This document shows, piece after piece, positions 38,039 through 48,244 of a stretch of 64,000 bases of DNA (position 1 is its first letter; each line of letters opens with the position of its first letter). Source of the DNA: Verrucomicrobiales bacterium (GTDB taxonomy: Bacteria > Verrucomicrobiota > Verrucomicrobiia > Limisphaerales > JAYPXF01); assembly GCA_002715965.1 (NCBI GenBank), contig PBAL01000085.1:905-64904 (forward strand), read 5' to 3'. Both the position numbers and the translations under genes were made by a program. Under the pieces are notes generated by a model. It had not been told where the DNA came from, ran no database searches, and worked only from the letters and a program-made list of their open reading frames with translations.

Positions 38039-39526
38039 TCAAACAATTTGCTTGATCACGTCCGCACCCTCAAAGCCCGTCAGCCGGAAATCCAATCCCT
38101 GGAAGCGGTAGGTCAGGTCTTCGTGATGGAAGCCAAATTGATTGAGGATGGTCGCATGCAAATCGTGCGGGGTGACCGGGTCCTTGGTGACACCCCAGCC
38201 CATTTCATCGGTTTCACCGACGATCTGACCGCCTTTGATTCCACCACCGGCCGCCCAGACGGTAAATGCGTAAGGATGATGATCCCGACCGGTCACGCCA
38301 CTTCGTGTGGTGCGATTTTCGCCCAGCGGCGTGCGGCCGAATTCGGAAGCCCAGACAACCATCGTTTCCTCCAGCATGCCGCGCATCTTCAAGTCCAAGA
38401 TCAGGGCCGCGATCGGCTGGTCGCACATGCCCGCACAAAAAGGCAGTTCCTTGTTGATGTTGCTGTGATGATCCCAGGAAGCGTGAAGCACATTCACGAA
38501 ACGCGTGCCGCGTTCAATCAATCTCCGAGCCAAGAGGCAATTTCGAGCAAAGGTCTCGTAAGTTCCCGCTCCGCCCCCGCGATTCCTCAGGTTCGGGGTC
38601 GTGCGATTGAGCCCGTAGGCTTCCTTGGTGGTTTCGGATTCGCCCGACAGGTCCATCAGTTCCGGAGCCGATGCCTGCATGCGTCCCGCAAGTTCGTAAG
38701 CAGCGATGCGCGACGAAATCTCCGGATCGGCGACGTGCTTGTAACGAAGCTTGTTCAGATCGCCAATCGCATCCAGGCCGAGGTGCTGCATCTCCTTCGT
38801 GAATCCGGGGGGATTGGAAAGATTGAGCACGGGATCGCCGGAGTTGCGAAACAACACACCTGCATAGCTGGTCGGAAGGAAACCGCTGGACCACTGGCTC
38901 GATCCACCACTCGACCCACGGCCCGCCGTGAGCACGACGTATCCGGGAAGATCTTCCGATTCGCTGCCCAAGCCGTAGTTCAACCAGGAACCAAAAGTGG
39001 GGCGGCCAAACAAGGCCGAACCGCTGTTCATCATCAACTGTCCGGGATGATGATTGAATTGCGTCGTATGCATCCCACGCAACCAGGCAATCTCATCGGC
39101 CACTCCACCGAGATGAGGCAGGAGATCGCTGAGTTCCATGCCGCATTGGCCATACTTGGTGAACTTGCGCGGCGAGCCCATCAGGCGAACGCCTTCCTTC
39201 TTGATGAAGGCAAAGCGAACCTTTTCGAGCATGTCCTCCGGCAACGGTTTCCCGTCCATCTCATTGAGCTTGGGTTTGGGATCGAAGAGATCGACGTGGC
39301 TCGGTGCGCCTTCGAAATAGATGAGGATACAGTTCTTCGCCTTGGGCGTGAAATGTGGTTGCTTGGGCGCCAACGGATCATTGCGACGCCCCGCCTGGGC
39401 GCTGGGCGCGATTAGGCCGTCTCTGGACAACAGGTCAGCCAGGGCAATCGTACCCAAGCCGGTGGTCGCGAAGAAATCGCGACGAGTGAGGTCAATGGTT
39501 TCCCGGGGGGAGAGTTCAGGATTCAT
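38039..39526 (-). CDS. DUF1501 domain protein (Tat-signal), partner of the upstream PSD gene
   Basis: LTRRDFFATTGLG and SEFGRTP...GRDHHP motifs. It starts 2 nt after the stop of the 39529..42579 gene. Confidence 0.85.
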   Translation of the reverse strand: MNPELSPRETIDLTRRDFFATTGLGTIALADLLSRDGLIAPSAQAGRRNDPLAPKQPHFTPKAKNCILIYFEGAPSHVDLFDPKPKLNEMDGKPLPEDMLEKVRFAFIKKEGVRLMGSPRKFTKYGQCGMELSDLLPHLGGVADEIAWLRGMHTTQFNHHPGQLMMNSGSALFGRPTFGSWLNYGLGSESEDLPGYVVLTAGRGSSGGSSQWSSGFLPTSYAGVLFRNSGDPVLNLSNPPGFTKEMQHLGLDAIGDLNKLRYKHVADPEISSRIAAYELAGRMQASAPELMDLSGESETTKEAYGLNRTTPNLRNRGGGAGTYETFARNCLLARRLIERGTRFVNVLHASWDHHSNINKELPFCAGMCDQPIAALILDLKMRGMLEETMVVWASEFGRTPLGENRTTRSGVTGRDHHPYAFTVWAAGGGIKGGQIVGETDEMGWGVTKDPVTPHDLHATILNQFGFHHEDLTYRFQGLDFRLTGFEGADVIKQIV

Positions 39527-39528
39527 GG

Positions 39529-42500
39529 CTACTCGCGGGTAATAAATTCATCGAGGTTCAACATAACGCGGCTCAGCGCAACGAGGGTGGCGCGCTCGGC
39601 CAGCCCTTTTTCATCGGGCTTGACGCCTAGAGAGGCGGCCGCAAGTTCAGGATCGGCTTTCGCCAGCTTCAGGTGCCGGTCAAACATCTGGGTAAGCCGA
39701 TTCATTTCCGCCTTAGACGGATCACGCGCCGTGCAAAGTTTAAATCCGTGACGGATCTTTGAAACATGATCGGACGAGGCGATTTCGGAATCGATGCGTT
39801 TACCCAAGGCCTGCGCGCATTCAAAAAACACCGGATCGTTCAGCAGCGTGAGCGCCTGGAGTGGAGTGTTGGAACGCTCTCGTCGCGTGCAGGTGGCCGT
39901 CGAGTCGGGAGCGTCGAACGTCATCAGCATCGGATACGGAACAGAACGGCGAAAGAAGATGTAGAGTCCGCGCCGATACTTGTCGTCGCCTTTGCTTTCA
40001 GGCCACCTCACGCTGTTGGCGTATCCCAGCGCGGCAATGTCCTTGGGCAATCTTGGATAAATACTCGGTCCGCCCACCTTGCGTGCGAGCAACCCGCTGG
40101 CAGCCAAATAGGAATCGCGCACAACTTCCGCCGACAGACGGATGCGGCTCTGTCGGGCCAGGTAAATGTTCTGTGGATCTCTTTCCAGCAGCTCCGGGCG
40201 CTGATGGGAACTCTGTTGATAGGCCTTGGAGGTAACAATCGTCTTGATCAATGCCTTACGACTCCAGCCGAGCCGGGGATACTCTGTGGCCAGCCAATCG
40301 AGAAGTTCGGGGTGGGATGGCTCTTCACCACGCGTGCCGAAATCGTCGACGGTATTCACCAGCCCGCGACCAAACAGGTGTTTCCAGATGTGGTTCACGG
40401 AAACGCGAGCCGTGAGCGGATTTTCTGGTGAGAACAACCAACGACCAAGGTCCAGCCGGTCCGGTCTTTCCCCACGAGGACGGATCGGATTCAAGACTGC
40501 CGGCGTCAACGGATGCACCATGTCGCCCCGGTCCATGAAATTTCCACGCTTGTGCACGCGCGTCTCGCGTCCCTTCGGTTCCTTCGCGATCGCTGCGGCA
40601 ATGGTCGGGGGATACTTGGGTTTCTTCGCGGTCTGAGCGGCAATATTCAGGTTCAAGGCTTTGTAGTCCTTGTCGACATTGTCGCGGTAATAGGCGAACA
40701 ACTGCTTCCGATCCTGCGCCGTCCGCTTGGCTGTCGGTTTTGCGAGCGCGAGCGCGATTCCATCGTCCAGCCGAATCGCGGGAAACGGGGCTAGAGATTC
40801 AGTTACGGAGATACGGAATCGTTGAAGAAGGTAGGTGGTCTTGTATTTGTGCTCCAAGGTGAAGCGAAGCGTTGCGCCTTCGGGAACACTCACCGATTTG
40901 CTCGTCTCGAAGGTTGCAACGTGATCCTCGTTCTTCTTCGGCGAAACGGCCCATCCCGTGCTGGTCTTGCCAAGGATGCTGGATTTCACATCGAAGTTCT
41001 TCTGCGAGAAATCCGCCTTGGGATTCTTGAGCGTCACCTTCTGGGATTTGCCGTCCTTTCCGACGATCTCCAATGCAAAGCGGGTGAGAACGAAATTGCC
41101 GTCCGATGACCGCCCCGGTCCTTTCTTGGCGTCCGGATCATCAATGGCTTCCAAGCGAATGCCGTTGATTGTCTTGGCACTAGTCGTGGCTTCGAAGGTG
41201 TAGGTATCCGCTCCAGGATTCTTGCCGGATGAGATCACCACGTTCCCATCGGAGTTCTTCAAGGTCGCCCCACCTGCAGACTTCAATTTGGCAGGTTCCA
41301 GAATCTGCCAACGAACATTGGGGGCAGTCGCGGTCTTGTTCCATTTCTCGAACGCGGGCTGCAGTTTCTCCTTGGTGTAGGCATCCAATGCTGTCTGGCG
41401 CGATTTCAGCTCCTTGTCCCATTTGGCCAGCGCAGCATTGTATTTGGCCAACTCTTCCTTTTGCGGAGCAGGAACGTTGCGTTCAGAGGCATCGTTGAAG
41501 AACGCGAAGAGCTGATAGAACTCACGCTGCGTGAAGGGGTCGTATTTGTGGGAGTGGCACTCCGCGCAGCCCATGGTGATCCCCAACCACGTCGTTGCCG
41601 TGGTGCTCACCCGATCGACGACGGCTTTGCAGCGAAACTCTTCCTGGTCCGTGCCGCCTTCGGTGTTGGTCAAAGTCTGGCGATGAAAGCCGGTGGCAAT
41701 CTTCTGGTTCAAGGTCGCATCGGGAAGCAAATCACCGGCGAGTTGTTGAATACTGAATTCATCAAAAGGCATGTCCGCGTTGATCGCGTTGATCACCCAA
41801 TCGCGGAAGACGTAGGCGTAGGGCCGCGCGCGGTCCTTTTCATAGCCGTCGCTGTCTGCATAACGGGCCTGGTCCAGCCAGTGCCTTCCCCAGCGCTCAC
41901 CGAAGTGTTTTGAAGCCAGCAATCGATCGACGACCTTCTCATAGGCCTCAGCGGAGTTGTCGTTCAGAAATGTATCAACTTCCTCCGGAGTGGGCGGCAG
42001 TCCAATCAAGTCCAGTGAAAGTCGGCGGATCAGTGTCGATCGATCCGCGCGTGGGGAGGAGTTCAGTGCTTTCTCCTTCAGTTTGCGCCAGATGAACTGA
42101 TCGATCGGGTGTCGGGAGTACGAGTTGATATGAACGGGCGCCTTGGGCCGAACGGCTTTCTGGAACGCCCAGTGATCCGATCTCACTACCGCAACCTTCC
42201 CGGTTTCGGGCCACTTGGCTCCGTCGTCGATCCACTTTCGAATCATCGCAATCTGAACTGTGGTCAGTGGGTCGCCTTTTGGAGGCATGACCTCTTCCTC
42301 AAGACCGGCGATGAGATGCACCATCTTGCTGCCAGCACTGTTCTTCGGGAGAATCACCTTTCCGTCATCGCCCCCTGCGAGAGCGAGTGGTCCCACATCC
42401 AGGCGCAAACCGCCTTTCTGTTTTTCCGCACCGTGACAGTTGAGACAGTGACTTGCGAAGATCGGTTCGATGTCGCGATTGAAGTCGACGCTTCCCGTGT

Positions 42501-42579
42501 GAGGTGGGGGCAGCTTGGCTGCGGTCAATGTTCCCGTGAGTGACAGACAGGCGATGAAAATCAAATTCTTATATCTCAT
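39529..42579 (-). CDS. Planctomycete cytochrome c (PSCyt1) / DUF1549 / DUF1553 (PSD1) protein
   Basis: FNRDIEPIFASHCLNCHGAEKQKGGLRLD heme motif. DUF1549-like ...RRLSLDLIGLPPT.... DUF1553-like GCAECHSHKYDP and a C-terminal LNLDEFITRE. Start ambiguous (42657, 42600 or 42579). TAG stop. Confidence 0.85.
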   Translation of the reverse strand: MRYKNLIFIACLSLTGTLTAAKLPPPHTGSVDFNRDIEPIFASHCLNCHGAEKQKGGLRLDVGPLALAGGDDGKVILPKNSAGSKMVHLIAGLEEEVMPPKGDPLTTVQIAMIRKWIDDGAKWPETGKVAVVRSDHWAFQKAVRPKAPVHINSYSRHPIDQFIWRKLKEKALNSSPRADRSTLIRRLSLDLIGLPPTPEEVDTFLNDNSAEAYEKVVDRLLASKHFGERWGRHWLDQARYADSDGYEKDRARPYAYVFRDWVINAINADMPFDEFSIQQLAGDLLPDATLNQKIATGFHRQTLTNTEGGTDQEEFRCKAVVDRVSTTATTWLGITMGCAECHSHKYDPFTQREFYQLFAFFNDASERNVPAPQKEELAKYNAALAKWDKELKSRQTALDAYTKEKLQPAFEKWNKTATAPNVRWQILEPAKLKSAGGATLKNSDGNVVISSGKNPGADTYTFEATTSAKTINGIRLEAIDDPDAKKGPGRSSDGNFVLTRFALEIVGKDGKSQKVTLKNPKADFSQKNFDVKSSILGKTSTGWAVSPKKNEDHVATFETSKSVSVPEGATLRFTLEHKYKTTYLLQRFRISVTESLAPFPAIRLDDGIALALAKPTAKRTAQDRKQLFAYYRDNVDKDYKALNLNIAAQTAKKPKYPPTIAAAIAKEPKGRETRVHKRGNFMDRGDMVHPLTPAVLNPIRPRGERPDRLDLGRWLFSPENPLTARVSVNHIWKHLFGRGLVNTVDDFGTRGEEPSHPELLDWLATEYPRLGWSRKALIKTIVTSKAYQQSSHQRPELLERDPQNIYLARQSRIRLSAEVVRDSYLAASGLLARKVGGPSIYPRLPKDIAALGYANSVRWPESKGDDKYRRGLYIFFRRSVPYPMLMTFDAPDSTATCTRRERSNTPLQALTLLNDPVFFECAQALGKRIDSEIASSDHVSKIRHGFKLCTARDPSKAEMNRLTQMFDRHLKLAKADPELAAASLGVKPDEKGLAERATLVALSRVMLNLDEFITRE

Positions 42580-42727
42580 CCGGCAATAGGTGTTCGACAT
42601 CGACAACGGTTTGGCATTCAACTGAATACTATGCATGCGCAGTTGCCAAGAGCGCAACGTAGGAAGTGCCCCTTGACAGGATTGATTGACTTTCTCAGGA
42701 CCTTACGCGGCCTCGGGTTGAGCCACT

Positions 42728-43594
42728 TCATTTCTTCTTCACCCGTGGCTTCGGATCGATTGACTCAGGCCTGAAGGCAGCCAGATCTGGCTTTGGAGTC
42801 TTCACGCCCGCCTTCGGCACGTCCAACCCGGCAGTCCAGACGATGCCGTTCATGATGAACTTCCGTAATTCGTCCCGTTCCCAGTTACGATAGAAGTGCG
42901 GCATGGTGACACCCATCCCACGCCCACCATCCTTCCGGTCAATTCCCCAGGCGATGATCTCGGTGCGGGGATCGGTCGGCGGATACTGTGCGGTTGCCAG
43001 TGAATAGACGCCCGGCGCGAGTCCTTTCAGACCGAAGTAGTTCCTGGTATAAGGTTCGTCCCGCAGCTTGAAGGTCTCCCATCCGCGCATGACCGGATGC
43101 CCCGTCTTCCCCTTTTTGATCGTGGCGTCGAATATCCGGGCCTTCGATTGATGATGCTTGCAGCGCGTTGCAAAGTAACCGCCCGTCCAGTGAAGCAGAG
43201 GATGATCACCTGCCTCAGTGACGTCCCTGGCACCAAGCCCCGTCGCGTAGTGAACGCAAACGATGCCACAGCCGCGCTTCATCATCTTGGCAAGAGCATC
43301 CATGATCACGTCCGAACCGGGGAGGCGTTCGCCCGGAAATTGATCACCGATGAACACCACAGTTGAGGCGGATCGGTGGATCGGTGGATCGCTTGGCCAT
43401 TCATAGTACACCTCGGCATCGATTCCTTTCACGTTGATCGCGTTCTCCAGGCAATTAGCCATGAGACGCGCGCCCGCCTGGACCTCATGCGAACCTGGTG
43501 CGTGATTACTTGGGCCGACCACAATCATGATGTCAGTCGCGCTGCACAGATTCGTCGTGAGAATGAGAAGGCACAAGAGAGGCAATCGGATCAT
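42728..43594 (-). CDS. ThuA-domain (trehalose utilisation-like) exported protein
   Basis: Signal peptide. IMIVVGPSNHAPGSHE...VVFIGDQ...GCGIVCVHYA pattern of the ThuA family. Confidence 0.75.
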   Translation of the reverse strand: MIRLPLLCLLILTTNLCSATDIMIVVGPSNHAPGSHEVQAGARLMANCLENAINVKGIDAEVYYEWPSDPPIHRSASTVVFIGDQFPGERLPGSDVIMDALAKMMKRGCGIVCVHYATGLGARDVTEAGDHPLLHWTGGYFATRCKHHQSKARIFDATIKKGKTGHPVMRGWETFKLRDEPYTRNYFGLKGLAPGVYSLATAQYPPTDPRTEIIAWGIDRKDGGRGMGVTMPHFYRNWERDELRKFIMNGIVWTAGLDVPKAGVKTPKPDLAAFRPESIDPKPRVKKK

Positions 43595-43722
43595 GTGGAA
43601 ATCCTGAATCGCAATTACTTTGCTGACCAGTGTGAATTCCGCACCACATATGTGATTAAGAGCGGTGGCTGCTGAGGACGACCCCGTTTTTGTCAGAAAT
43701 CAGATCAAACGTTTTTTGATGC

Positions 43723-43778
43723 GTTCTCCCTCACCCCCGCCCACTCCCGCTGGGAGAGGAATTGAGGGTAAGGGAGAA
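43723..43778. repeat. Nested-palindrome REP-like element, copy D
   Basis: GTTCTCCCTCACCCCCGCCCACTCCCGCTGGGAGAGGAATTGAGGGTAAGGGAGAAG. The outer arms TTCTCCCTCACCC/GGGTAAGGGAGAA match at 12 of 13 positions and the inner stem is CTCCC/GGGAG. Confidence 0.8.
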
Positions 43779-43904
43779 GACATACGATTTCAGATGAAGC
43801 ATCTCTTGCTATTCCACCACTTCGAATCACGCACCTGCGCCATCGCGCACTTGGAATTTTCGGTATTTCCGACACTCTCCCACATAACCCCGGCCGAGAT
43901 TATC

Positions 43905-45416
43905 ATGCCGAAGCGATTTCCGACCTTCCTCTTCCTGCTTGTCGTAAGCGGCCACTTGCAGTCCGCCGAACTGCTTGATTTTGCGAATGGGAAGAAGCCA
44001 AACCACACCGGCTACGGACGACGCACGGAATGGTCGCTGGTCCGGCATCGGATGTTCAAGGATCGTGTGCTCAAGGTGAAGCTCACGGCCGGGGATTCAT
44101 TCGGTATGAATCGCTCGGGTATTCTCGACTGGACTCCCTATGGCGCGGTGGAGTTCAAGGTGTTCAACCCCTCAGGTGCTCCCGTGGACCTGCAATTCGT
44201 GCTTCGCCATTCCGGATCTATGGACAACGAATCACGAGTCACTTATCCGATGAAGATCCAACCCGGCGTGCACGCGATCAAAATCAAGCTGGAGGACCTG
44301 AAACGGGCCGATGGGGCAAGACCGGGATTCCGCTATATCAATCACTGGTTTGTTCGTTCGATACACAGCACACCCAATCTGTATTTCAACTCCTTTCATC
44401 TCACCGGCGAAGCGCCAATCCAGATAGTTCGTGAGCAATCGGCGCGGTCGAAACGGATTCGTCCGATTCAAAAAGCGGAAGTGCCTTCCTCGATCGACTG
44501 CTTCACACCGGAAGCGGATCGCATACTGGCAGCGCTCGAGGTCTTCCCTGCAGACAATCCCTGGAACACCCCGGTGGACCAGTGGCCCGTACATCCGGAA
44601 TCCCGGCAGATCATTTCCTCCATCGGTGTTACCAAATCATTGCAGGTGAAGCGTCATCTGAACTTTGTGTTTGTGCCCGTTCATCAGGCACGCATTGATG
44701 TGCAGCTGGGAACACATGCTCATCAATCGGACATCATGCCGATTCCTGTTCCCCAGGTTGCGCTCGTCGAAGGTTGGCCCGCGCCGGGGCAATCAATGGG
44801 ATCGCGATCCAAATTGGGCAGCCAGCTGAACCAACCGCCAAGCGGTGGACCCAGGCGATCCATAATCATTGACCCGGTGAAGCGACTTCTCTGGGAATTG
44901 CAGGGGATTCGAAAAACGGCCAACGGGTGGGCGGCAGAGCAGGCGTCCTTCTTCGATTTGAAACAAAATCGTCATCGAAAAGAAGGGTGGCGATCAGCAG
45001 ATGCGGCTGGCCTCCCGTTGTTTCCCGGCGTGGTTCGTTACGATGAGATGCACCGTGGCATGATTGAACACGCCATGCGGTTCACGGTGAAAAACGTGCG
45101 TTCGACACACGTCCTCCCCGCGCGAACGTCACCGGGCAATGACGATCGTCCCAGCCTTCCACGAATGGGCGAACGCCTGCGACTGCGTGGCGATTTCAAG
45201 ACCGAGTTCTTCTCCGCCCCGGTGGCGGCCATTCTCGATGGTTTGAAGAAATACGGAATGATCGTTGCCGAAGTCGGAGAGGACTGGACCTTCTCAGCAA
45301 CCACGGATCGGCGCATCGTTGCAATTGAGGAAGAGCTCTCCCAAGTGACGGGAATAGATTTTGAGGTGGTGACGGAGCCGGTAAGGAAACCGCTAATTGA
45401 CGCTAATAAACGCTGA
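43905..45416 (+). CDS. Exported protein of unknown function (N-terminal beta-sandwich-like region plus conserved C-terminal domain)
   Basis: ATG at 43905 gives the signal peptide MPKRFPTFLFLLVVSGHLQSA. The ORF-track start at 43665 runs through REP copy D. The C-terminal motif ADAAGLPLFPGVVRYDEM..IEHAMRFT...LPRMGERLRLR...LKKYGMIVAE is one I recall from uncharacterised secreted proteins. Confidence 0.6.
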   Translation: MPKRFPTFLFLLVVSGHLQSAELLDFANGKKPNHTGYGRRTEWSLVRHRMFKDRVLKVKLTAGDSFGMNRSGILDWTPYGAVEFKVFNPSGAPVDLQFVLRHSGSMDNESRVTYPMKIQPGVHAIKIKLEDLKRADGARPGFRYINHWFVRSIHSTPNLYFNSFHLTGEAPIQIVREQSARSKRIRPIQKAEVPSSIDCFTPEADRILAALEVFPADNPWNTPVDQWPVHPESRQIISSIGVTKSLQVKRHLNFVFVPVHQARIDVQLGTHAHQSDIMPIPVPQVALVEGWPAPGQSMGSRSKLGSQLNQPPSGGPRRSIIIDPVKRLLWELQGIRKTANGWAAEQASFFDLKQNRHRKEGWRSADAAGLPLFPGVVRYDEMHRGMIEHAMRFTVKNVRSTHVLPARTSPGNDDRPSLPRMGERLRLRGDFKTEFFSAPVAAILDGLKKYGMIVAEVGEDWTFSATTDRRIVAIEEELSQVTGIDFEVVTEPVRKPLIDANKR

Positions 45417-45496
45417 TGACCTTAGACCTGTCGTGTCACTTGCGTTCGGAGCGTTAGTGTGATTGGCGTCTATTGGCGGTAACCAAGTCCGTCCAA

Positions 45497-48157
45497 CTAC
45501 GGCCGGGTGATAAACTCGTGAAGGTTCATCACGACCCGGGTAACTGAGGTCCACGCAGCCAGTTCCAACCGGTCCAGTGCCAGATCGGGCTTGGTTTCTC
45601 CCACCTTGAGAATGTGCTCGATCGCGGCAGCGTCGTTCTCCAGTTGAGACCGATGACTTCGGAATAAAGTGCGGGCCAGTTCGATTTCATATGACTTGGG
45701 GTTTCTCGCCAGGGCAGTCCGCCAAATGAACTCGATCCGTTTGTTGGTGTCTGCGGCCGCTTCGCGCAATACACGCTCGGCGAAGTTTCTTGCGGCCTCC
45801 ACATACGCGGTATCGTTCAACAACACGAGCGCCTGTTGCGGGGTGTTGCTGCGAACGCGTTCCACGACGCACTCATCCCGAGCGGGAGCTCCGAAGGCGA
45901 GCAAGCTGGGATGCAGGAACGATCGGCACCAATACGTGTAGAGCCCACGCCGATAGATGCTGCCCTGCTCCTTCGCGATCTCGCGTGGAAACTCTGAATT
46001 CATGTGAATCCAATAACCCTCGGGCTGGTAGGGCAATGCACTGAAACCACCAAATCGCTCGTCAAGCAAGCCACCGACCATCAGGGCGTTGTCCCGGATG
46101 AGTTCGGCCATCAACACGAATCGGTTCTGATGCGAGAGCAGGCGATTGTCCGGGTCTATCTCGATCGGGAAATTGGCAGCGCGTGCTGAAGAGCAGAGAT
46201 ACGTCTCCGAGGTGACGATGCGTTTGAAAAGTCGTTTCACGTTCCAGCCGCTGTCGACGAAGTCCGTGGCCAGCCAGTCCAGCAGTTCAGGGTGGGAGGG
46301 GTATTCCCCCTGCCGTCCAAAGTCATCCGGAGTGCCCACGATTCCTTCGCCGAACAATAGCATCCACACGCGATTGACAAAAACGCGCGCCACCAGGGGG
46401 TTGTCCGGCCCCGTCAACCAGCGCGCGAGATCCAGACGATTTGGTGCCTCATCGGAGAGTTTCCCAAGGACTGCGGGAATCATCGCGGCAAGCGGTGGCC
46501 CGGTCGGCACCTGCCAGTTGCCACGTTCGAGCATCCGCACCTCGCGCGGCATCACGGACTTGGTGACCAGCGTCTTCCTCGAAGCATCAAGGATTCTTTT
46601 GCGCGCAGATTTTTCCTCTTTGATCTGATCCTGAACCGAGATGTCCGGAGCGTAGTCCGCCTGGTTCTTCAACCAATTGCTATAGAAATCCTGGAGCTTC
46701 GTGCGTTCATCTCCGCTGCGCTCAGCGCGAGAGATCTTGAGAGCCTGCCGGACTTTTTCGGGAACACCACGGTAACCCAGTTTTCGGATTTGAGCCTCCC
46801 AGGTATCGAGCGTGGCATCGTTGAATCGTTTTCTATTCAGGTAAAAATATCGGACGGTCAGGTTCTGTTCGACCGATCGATTCGCAAGGGGACGTTTCAA
46901 AAGATCGGCAATGGGTTCGGGCAACCCCTTGAAGTCCGCAGCTCTCACAATGCGCAGCCACTCTGAATAATTCCGTGCCGGTGCTCCCTTCAATCGTGCC
47001 TCCAATTTCGGAATGGATTTATTGAGACTCGCAAGCTGGATCGCGTCTCTCGGCCCTGGCAGAGGTTCTGCCGACAAGAGACCGGTGGCATTCTCTTCCA
47101 CGTCTGAAAAGAACACTGCCAGCGAATAGAAGTCTTGCTGGGTGAGAGGATCATATTTGTGATCATGGCATTCCGCGCAGCCCATCGTGAGACCGAGCCA
47201 GACCGAAGAGACATTTCGTACGCGATCCGCGGCATATCGGGCAAAGAACTCCGCTGGCTGCCCGGCGTCTGTCTGAAATGTCCTCAACAATCGATTATAT
47301 CCACTGCCAACCTGGGTTCGTTGTGTGGCGTCGGGCAGGAGATCACCGGCGAGTTGCTCGGCCGTGAAGCGGTCAAAGGACACATTGTTGTTGAACGCAT
47401 CAACCACATAGTCGCGATACGGCGTGATGGGTTGATGTTCGTCCGGGGAAAAGCCCCGTGTATCTGCATAGCGGACCAGGTCCAGCCAATAGATTGCCAT
47501 TCGTTCGCCAAAGTGAGGTGAGGCAAGCAGGCGGTCGGCCAGCATGGAAACAGCTTCTTCCGAGCCTAATAGACTCCAGTCCGCTGCGAAATGTTCCTGC
47601 TCCGACAAAGATGGCGGCAATCCGATAATATCCAGCGACATGCGACGAAGTATCTCAGAAGCAGAAGCGCGCAGAGCCGGCGCAATGCCCTTGGCCAGCA
47701 GTCTTTTCCGCACAAAACCATCTACCGGATTTGTGGTTCGTGAATCCTCTGGCGTCACTCGTCCAGAAGGCGGAAGAAATGCCCAGTGCTTCTCGTAACT
47801 GGCTCCTTGGCGAATCCAGTTGCGGAACACATCCACCTCGGCAGCTGTCAGATACTTTTCTTCGTCGGGCGGCATGCGCTCATCTTCGTCGTGATTCGTC
47901 ACGCGCTGAATGAGCGGGCTGCTGTCGGGATCGCCTGGAATGATCGCGGCGCGCCGATGGCCAGAAGCCTGAGTGGCAGCAGTTCGTAGATCGAGGCGGA
48001 GATCGGCTTTGCGGTGGTTCTCGGCCGGACCGTGGCAGGCAAAGCAGCGATCAGAGAGAAGCGGCCGGACGTCGCGATTGAAATCAACGTCGGCAGCGCC
48101 CGCCACAATCGCTTGTGCGGCGATGAGCGCCAAAAAGAGCTGTCGATGCCATTTCAC
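45497..48157 (-). CDS. PSCyt1 / DUF1549 / DUF1553 (PSD1) protein
   Basis: GTG start and signal peptide. FNRDVRPLLSDRCFACHGPAENHRKADLRLD, GCAECHDHKYDP and a C-terminal MNLHEFITRP. Confidence 0.85.
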   Translation of the reverse strand: MKWHRQLFLALIAAQAIVAGAADVDFNRDVRPLLSDRCFACHGPAENHRKADLRLDLRTAATQASGHRRAAIIPGDPDSSPLIQRVTNHDEDERMPPDEEKYLTAAEVDVFRNWIRQGASYEKHWAFLPPSGRVTPEDSRTTNPVDGFVRKRLLAKGIAPALRASASEILRRMSLDIIGLPPSLSEQEHFAADWSLLGSEEAVSMLADRLLASPHFGERMAIYWLDLVRYADTRGFSPDEHQPITPYRDYVVDAFNNNVSFDRFTAEQLAGDLLPDATQRTQVGSGYNRLLRTFQTDAGQPAEFFARYAADRVRNVSSVWLGLTMGCAECHDHKYDPLTQQDFYSLAVFFSDVEENATGLLSAEPLPGPRDAIQLASLNKSIPKLEARLKGAPARNYSEWLRIVRAADFKGLPEPIADLLKRPLANRSVEQNLTVRYFYLNRKRFNDATLDTWEAQIRKLGYRGVPEKVRQALKISRAERSGDERTKLQDFYSNWLKNQADYAPDISVQDQIKEEKSARKRILDASRKTLVTKSVMPREVRMLERGNWQVPTGPPLAAMIPAVLGKLSDEAPNRLDLARWLTGPDNPLVARVFVNRVWMLLFGEGIVGTPDDFGRQGEYPSHPELLDWLATDFVDSGWNVKRLFKRIVTSETYLCSSARAANFPIEIDPDNRLLSHQNRFVLMAELIRDNALMVGGLLDERFGGFSALPYQPEGYWIHMNSEFPREIAKEQGSIYRRGLYTYWCRSFLHPSLLAFGAPARDECVVERVRSNTPQQALVLLNDTAYVEAARNFAERVLREAAADTNKRIEFIWRTALARNPKSYEIELARTLFRSHRSQLENDAAAIEHILKVGETKPDLALDRLELAAWTSVTRVVMNLHEFITRP

Positions 48158-48244
48158 AACGGTGCAACCGGATTCGTATCAGAACCCACGACAATACTCG
48201 GAGTGTTGTGAATGAGCAATGTTCCCTGCGAAGCAGCCAACTGT

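Noticed and set aside
43665-43904. The first 80 codons of ORF 43665..45416 (…SPSPPPTPAGRGIEGKGE…), and similar ORFs 34471..34809, 34585..35529, 1096..1374, 1257..1469 and 1288..1497.
   Set aside because: They are translations of the nested-palindrome repeat elements and their flanks. A proper signal peptide begins at ATG 43905.
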